Source: Setoptus koraiensis (Eukaryota; Animalia; Arthropoda). From it: 64,000 nt of DNA. The translations under genes were made by a program, and so were the position numbers. Shown here piece after piece: positions 61,388 through 64,000 of the stretch. How positions within the stretch are numbered: position 1 is the stretch's first letter; each line of letters opens with the position of its first letter. The stretch covers positions 23,622,001-23,686,000 of the forward strand of contig CM106585.1 of the NCBI GenBank assembly GCA_048013815.1, in the 5' to 3' direction. A model generated the notes under the pieces. It was not told the origin of the DNA and ran no database searches. It saw only the letters and a program-made list of their open reading frames with translations.

Positions 61388-63205
61388 ATGTACAGGAAAC
61401 ATCATCAGCAAATGGTCAACAGTGGCCTAAGCAACAAGCAACCATTACGGTTTGGTTTGTTGCCAATTAGACTCATGTTATGGTTTGTGGTAATATCAAT
61501 TGCGTTGTCGTCTACATTTGTACTGTATACAACAGTATTCAATGTAAACCTTGAAAGCATCCGCATATCTTTTGAATATGATGCCAATGCAACGGAGGCA
61601 GCGTTAACAGATGATACCAACTATTTTGACACAACGAAAAGACTGCTTCTTGAAAGAGTTGAACTTGTTAGAGGTAACAATGAAGATCTCAAATTGGAAA
61701 AGTTCAATTTGTTATTCATTGACGAAACTTCCACTCAAAGAGTCGACCAAATCGATCCATCTACAGCAACAACTACTACTTCAGCGACAACTACAACGAA
61801 ACTAGCAGCCACTATGACAGCAGCAACAACGAATGTCACTGAGCATCATCCACATAACAAACTTGTTGATGATGGAACGGCCGCTATGAATGAAACTAGA
61901 TGGGTGAGCTAAAGATATCATTCGATGCCAGAATGCTGGCGATTCTCATCCGTTTTTACATATGACAACTATACTTTCATCTTGTTCTTCTTTTTTTTTC
62001 GTCGTCTATAGGAAACAATTCTTCCAGTGTTGGTGATAGCATGCAACAGAATATCTGTAAAACGTAGTCTGGATCAACTGATTGCTTTTAGGTCTTCAAA
62101 AGATACCCATCCGATAATTGTCAGCCAGGATTGTGGCCATAACGAAACTCGCGAAGCCATTAATTCGTATGGAGATCAATTGCAACTAATAGAACACAAC
62201 AATTCAAGTGAAGTAAATCTACCCTTCAAATTGAAGAAGTTCGTTGGTTATTACAAGATAGCCAGACATTATTCATGGGCGTTGAATTACGTGTTCAACA
62301 GACTCAACTATGATGCTGTCATCATAATAGAAGATGATCTGGACATATCGCCAGATCTACTGGACTACTTTCGCGCTCTTTATCCAATTCTAAAGGCCGA
62401 CGAAACTTTGTATTGTATATCGGCTTGGAATGATAATGGTAAAGGTAAATTCATTGACGAAACCAAAACAGGTGAGTTTATCGACGACCGCAAGATGATT
62501 GATTCTAAACCGACCGTTGTTATATAACCTTTTTACTCATTCTATTTATCTCAATTCATTTGTCTTCGAACAAAAAAAAAAACAAATGAACAAACAAAAG
62601 ACCTTCTATATAGAACAGACTTCTTTCCGGGGTTGGGCTGGATGCTAACAAATAAAACTTATCAAGAATTCTCAAATAGATGGCCCTCCACATTTTGGGA
62701 TGATTGGATGAGGCACCCTGATCAGAGACGGAATCGTGCTTGCATACGACCTGAAGTGCCCAGAACTAAGACATTCGGCAAGATTGGTGTGAGCAATGGA
62801 CAATATTACGAGGACCATCTCAAGTATTTCTCATTGAACGATCAATATGTGCAATTTACGAAGTTAAACCTGACTTATTTGCTAAAAGAGAATTACGATA
62901 GAAAATTCCTGCATGATGTTTATTCCAGTGAAACAATCACTGTGTCTGAGCTACTGGCCTCGCACCCAGACAATGCGACAACATCAATTAACAGACAAAA
63001 GATTCCTATTTTGCCAAAAAGAATAGACTACAGTAATACAAGCGAATTTAAAACGATTGCCAAGAAACTTGGACTAATGCCCGACATCAAGGCTGGCGTT
63101 GCCAGAACAGCTTATTTTGGTATAGTGACAATATTTTTCAAAAATCAGCGCATTTTTATCGCCCCACCAAGAAATTGGACTCACTACGATGAGAATGCCT
63201 CTTGA
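61388..63205 (+). CDS. MGAT1: Alpha-1,3-mannosyl-glycoprotein beta-1,2-N-acetylglucosaminyltransferase (GnT-I); exons 61388-61903, 62012-62471, 62601-63205; about 526 aa
   Basis: Type II TM anchor; PVLVIACNR; IIVSQDCGH; YYKIARHY.WAL; IIIEDDLDISPD; CISAWNDNG; LLYRTDFFPGLGWML; FWDDWMR; RACIRPEVPRT.TFGKIGVS.GQ. Confidence 0.96.
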
Positions 63206-63533
63206 ATCAAGAATCTTGATATTAGCCAACATCAAATCATAAACGGATTGCCATATCGCACTAGTGAACAACATATCATCAAACAAAACTCAGAAAGAGA
63301 CTAGGGCTTTCATATTACTATTTTCTTATTTAAAAGAACCTAAGATACAGCCGAAGAGGGCGATGTGACAAATAGTAATCTTTGTATGAATATATATATT
63401 TTTTAAGCGAATTAAAGTTCAATACTGATGAGTATTCTAAATGTCACTTTTTAGGCATTGTGGTTGCTCATTGAAGCATCGCGTGAAACAAGATTGAGAT
63501 TTGATTGAGCATCACCTCATCTCGATGTCTGCG

Positions 63534-64000
63534 CTAGCGCTTGTGAACCATAACTTGAAGATTTTTGTATCGCATCAAGAAAACGGTAAATGATGGCTTC
63601 GGAGGAAAGCTTGTTCCAGCCATTGGACTAAACTCATAGTCTACCAATATTCTGGCCAAAGCCAATTTGGTCTCGGTCAAACTGAATCGGGCACCTATGC
63701 AATGTCTTGGTCCCTGACCAAATGGAGTATAACTGCCTGGATAGATTTTGTCTCTGTTCTCTGGAAAGAAGCGACTTGGATCGAACTTGCTGGGATTTGG
63801 CCAATATTCTGGATTGTTGTGTATAGCATAGTAGTCCAAGAAGGCAACAGTTCCCTTTGGTACGGTAATGTTGTATTTTTCTATGTGATAATCTTCGCTG
63901 ACCTCTCTATCCAGGAACACAACCGGTGATAGTAGACGCAATGTTTCACAAAGCACTGAATCAAGATAAGTGGCCGAAGTGATTTTTTCATAATCAAATG
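63534..64000 (-). CDS. Cytochrome P450, 3' part (continues beyond the window; clan 3-like)
   Basis: YLDSVLCETLR (ExxR); YAIHNNPEYWPNPSKFDPSRF (PERF variant); heme-binding FGQGPRHCIG. Confidence 0.93.
   Translation of the reverse strand, partial: FDYEKITSATYLDSVLCETLRLLSPVVFLDREVSEDYHIEKYNITVPKGTVAFLDYYAIHNNPEYWPNPSKFDPSRFFPENRDKIYPGSYTPFGQGPRHCIGARFSLTETKLALARILVDYEFSPMAGTSFPPKPSFTVFLMRYKNLQVMVHKR

Overview
Eukaryotic, AT-rich, gene-dense and intron-poor animal DNA. Most introns are about 85-130 nt GT-AG, and many normally multi-exon genes have 0-3 introns. Inference: an arthropod with a compact genome, plausibly an acariform (e.g. eriophyoid) mite; the species cannot be fixed from sequence alone. 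Layout: a T/G-only low-complexity tract plus a 500-N gap (1-1299); then ADK, a hAT-like MITE, a shortened CC2D1/Lgd, a cluster of small secreted-protein genes visible only after splicing (about 5.6-8.9 kb), a 5'-eroded JADE-family gene and NCKAP1/Hem. A microsatellite- and poly-Q/N-rich block (17-40 kb) holds a kainate-type glutamate receptor and the nuclear receptor HR3/ROR, which has a 13.2-kb intron. A compact housekeeping block follows: LSM6, MRPL9, GINS2, a PP2A-B56 pseudogene beside a MITE remnant, two PY-motif membrane proteins, TYW1, eIF3m, a 5'-short PSMD6, a C2-less Smurf, KLC, MGAT1 and the 3' end of a cytochrome P450. No rRNA, tRNA, snRNA, CRISPR array or intact transposase was recognised. 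I found no clearly new multi-gene system. The best leads are the hidden secreted-peptide cluster, repeated N-terminal domain loss in conserved genes, the B56 pseudogene and the HR3 architecture. All splice models were read by eye and need RNA-seq confirmation.
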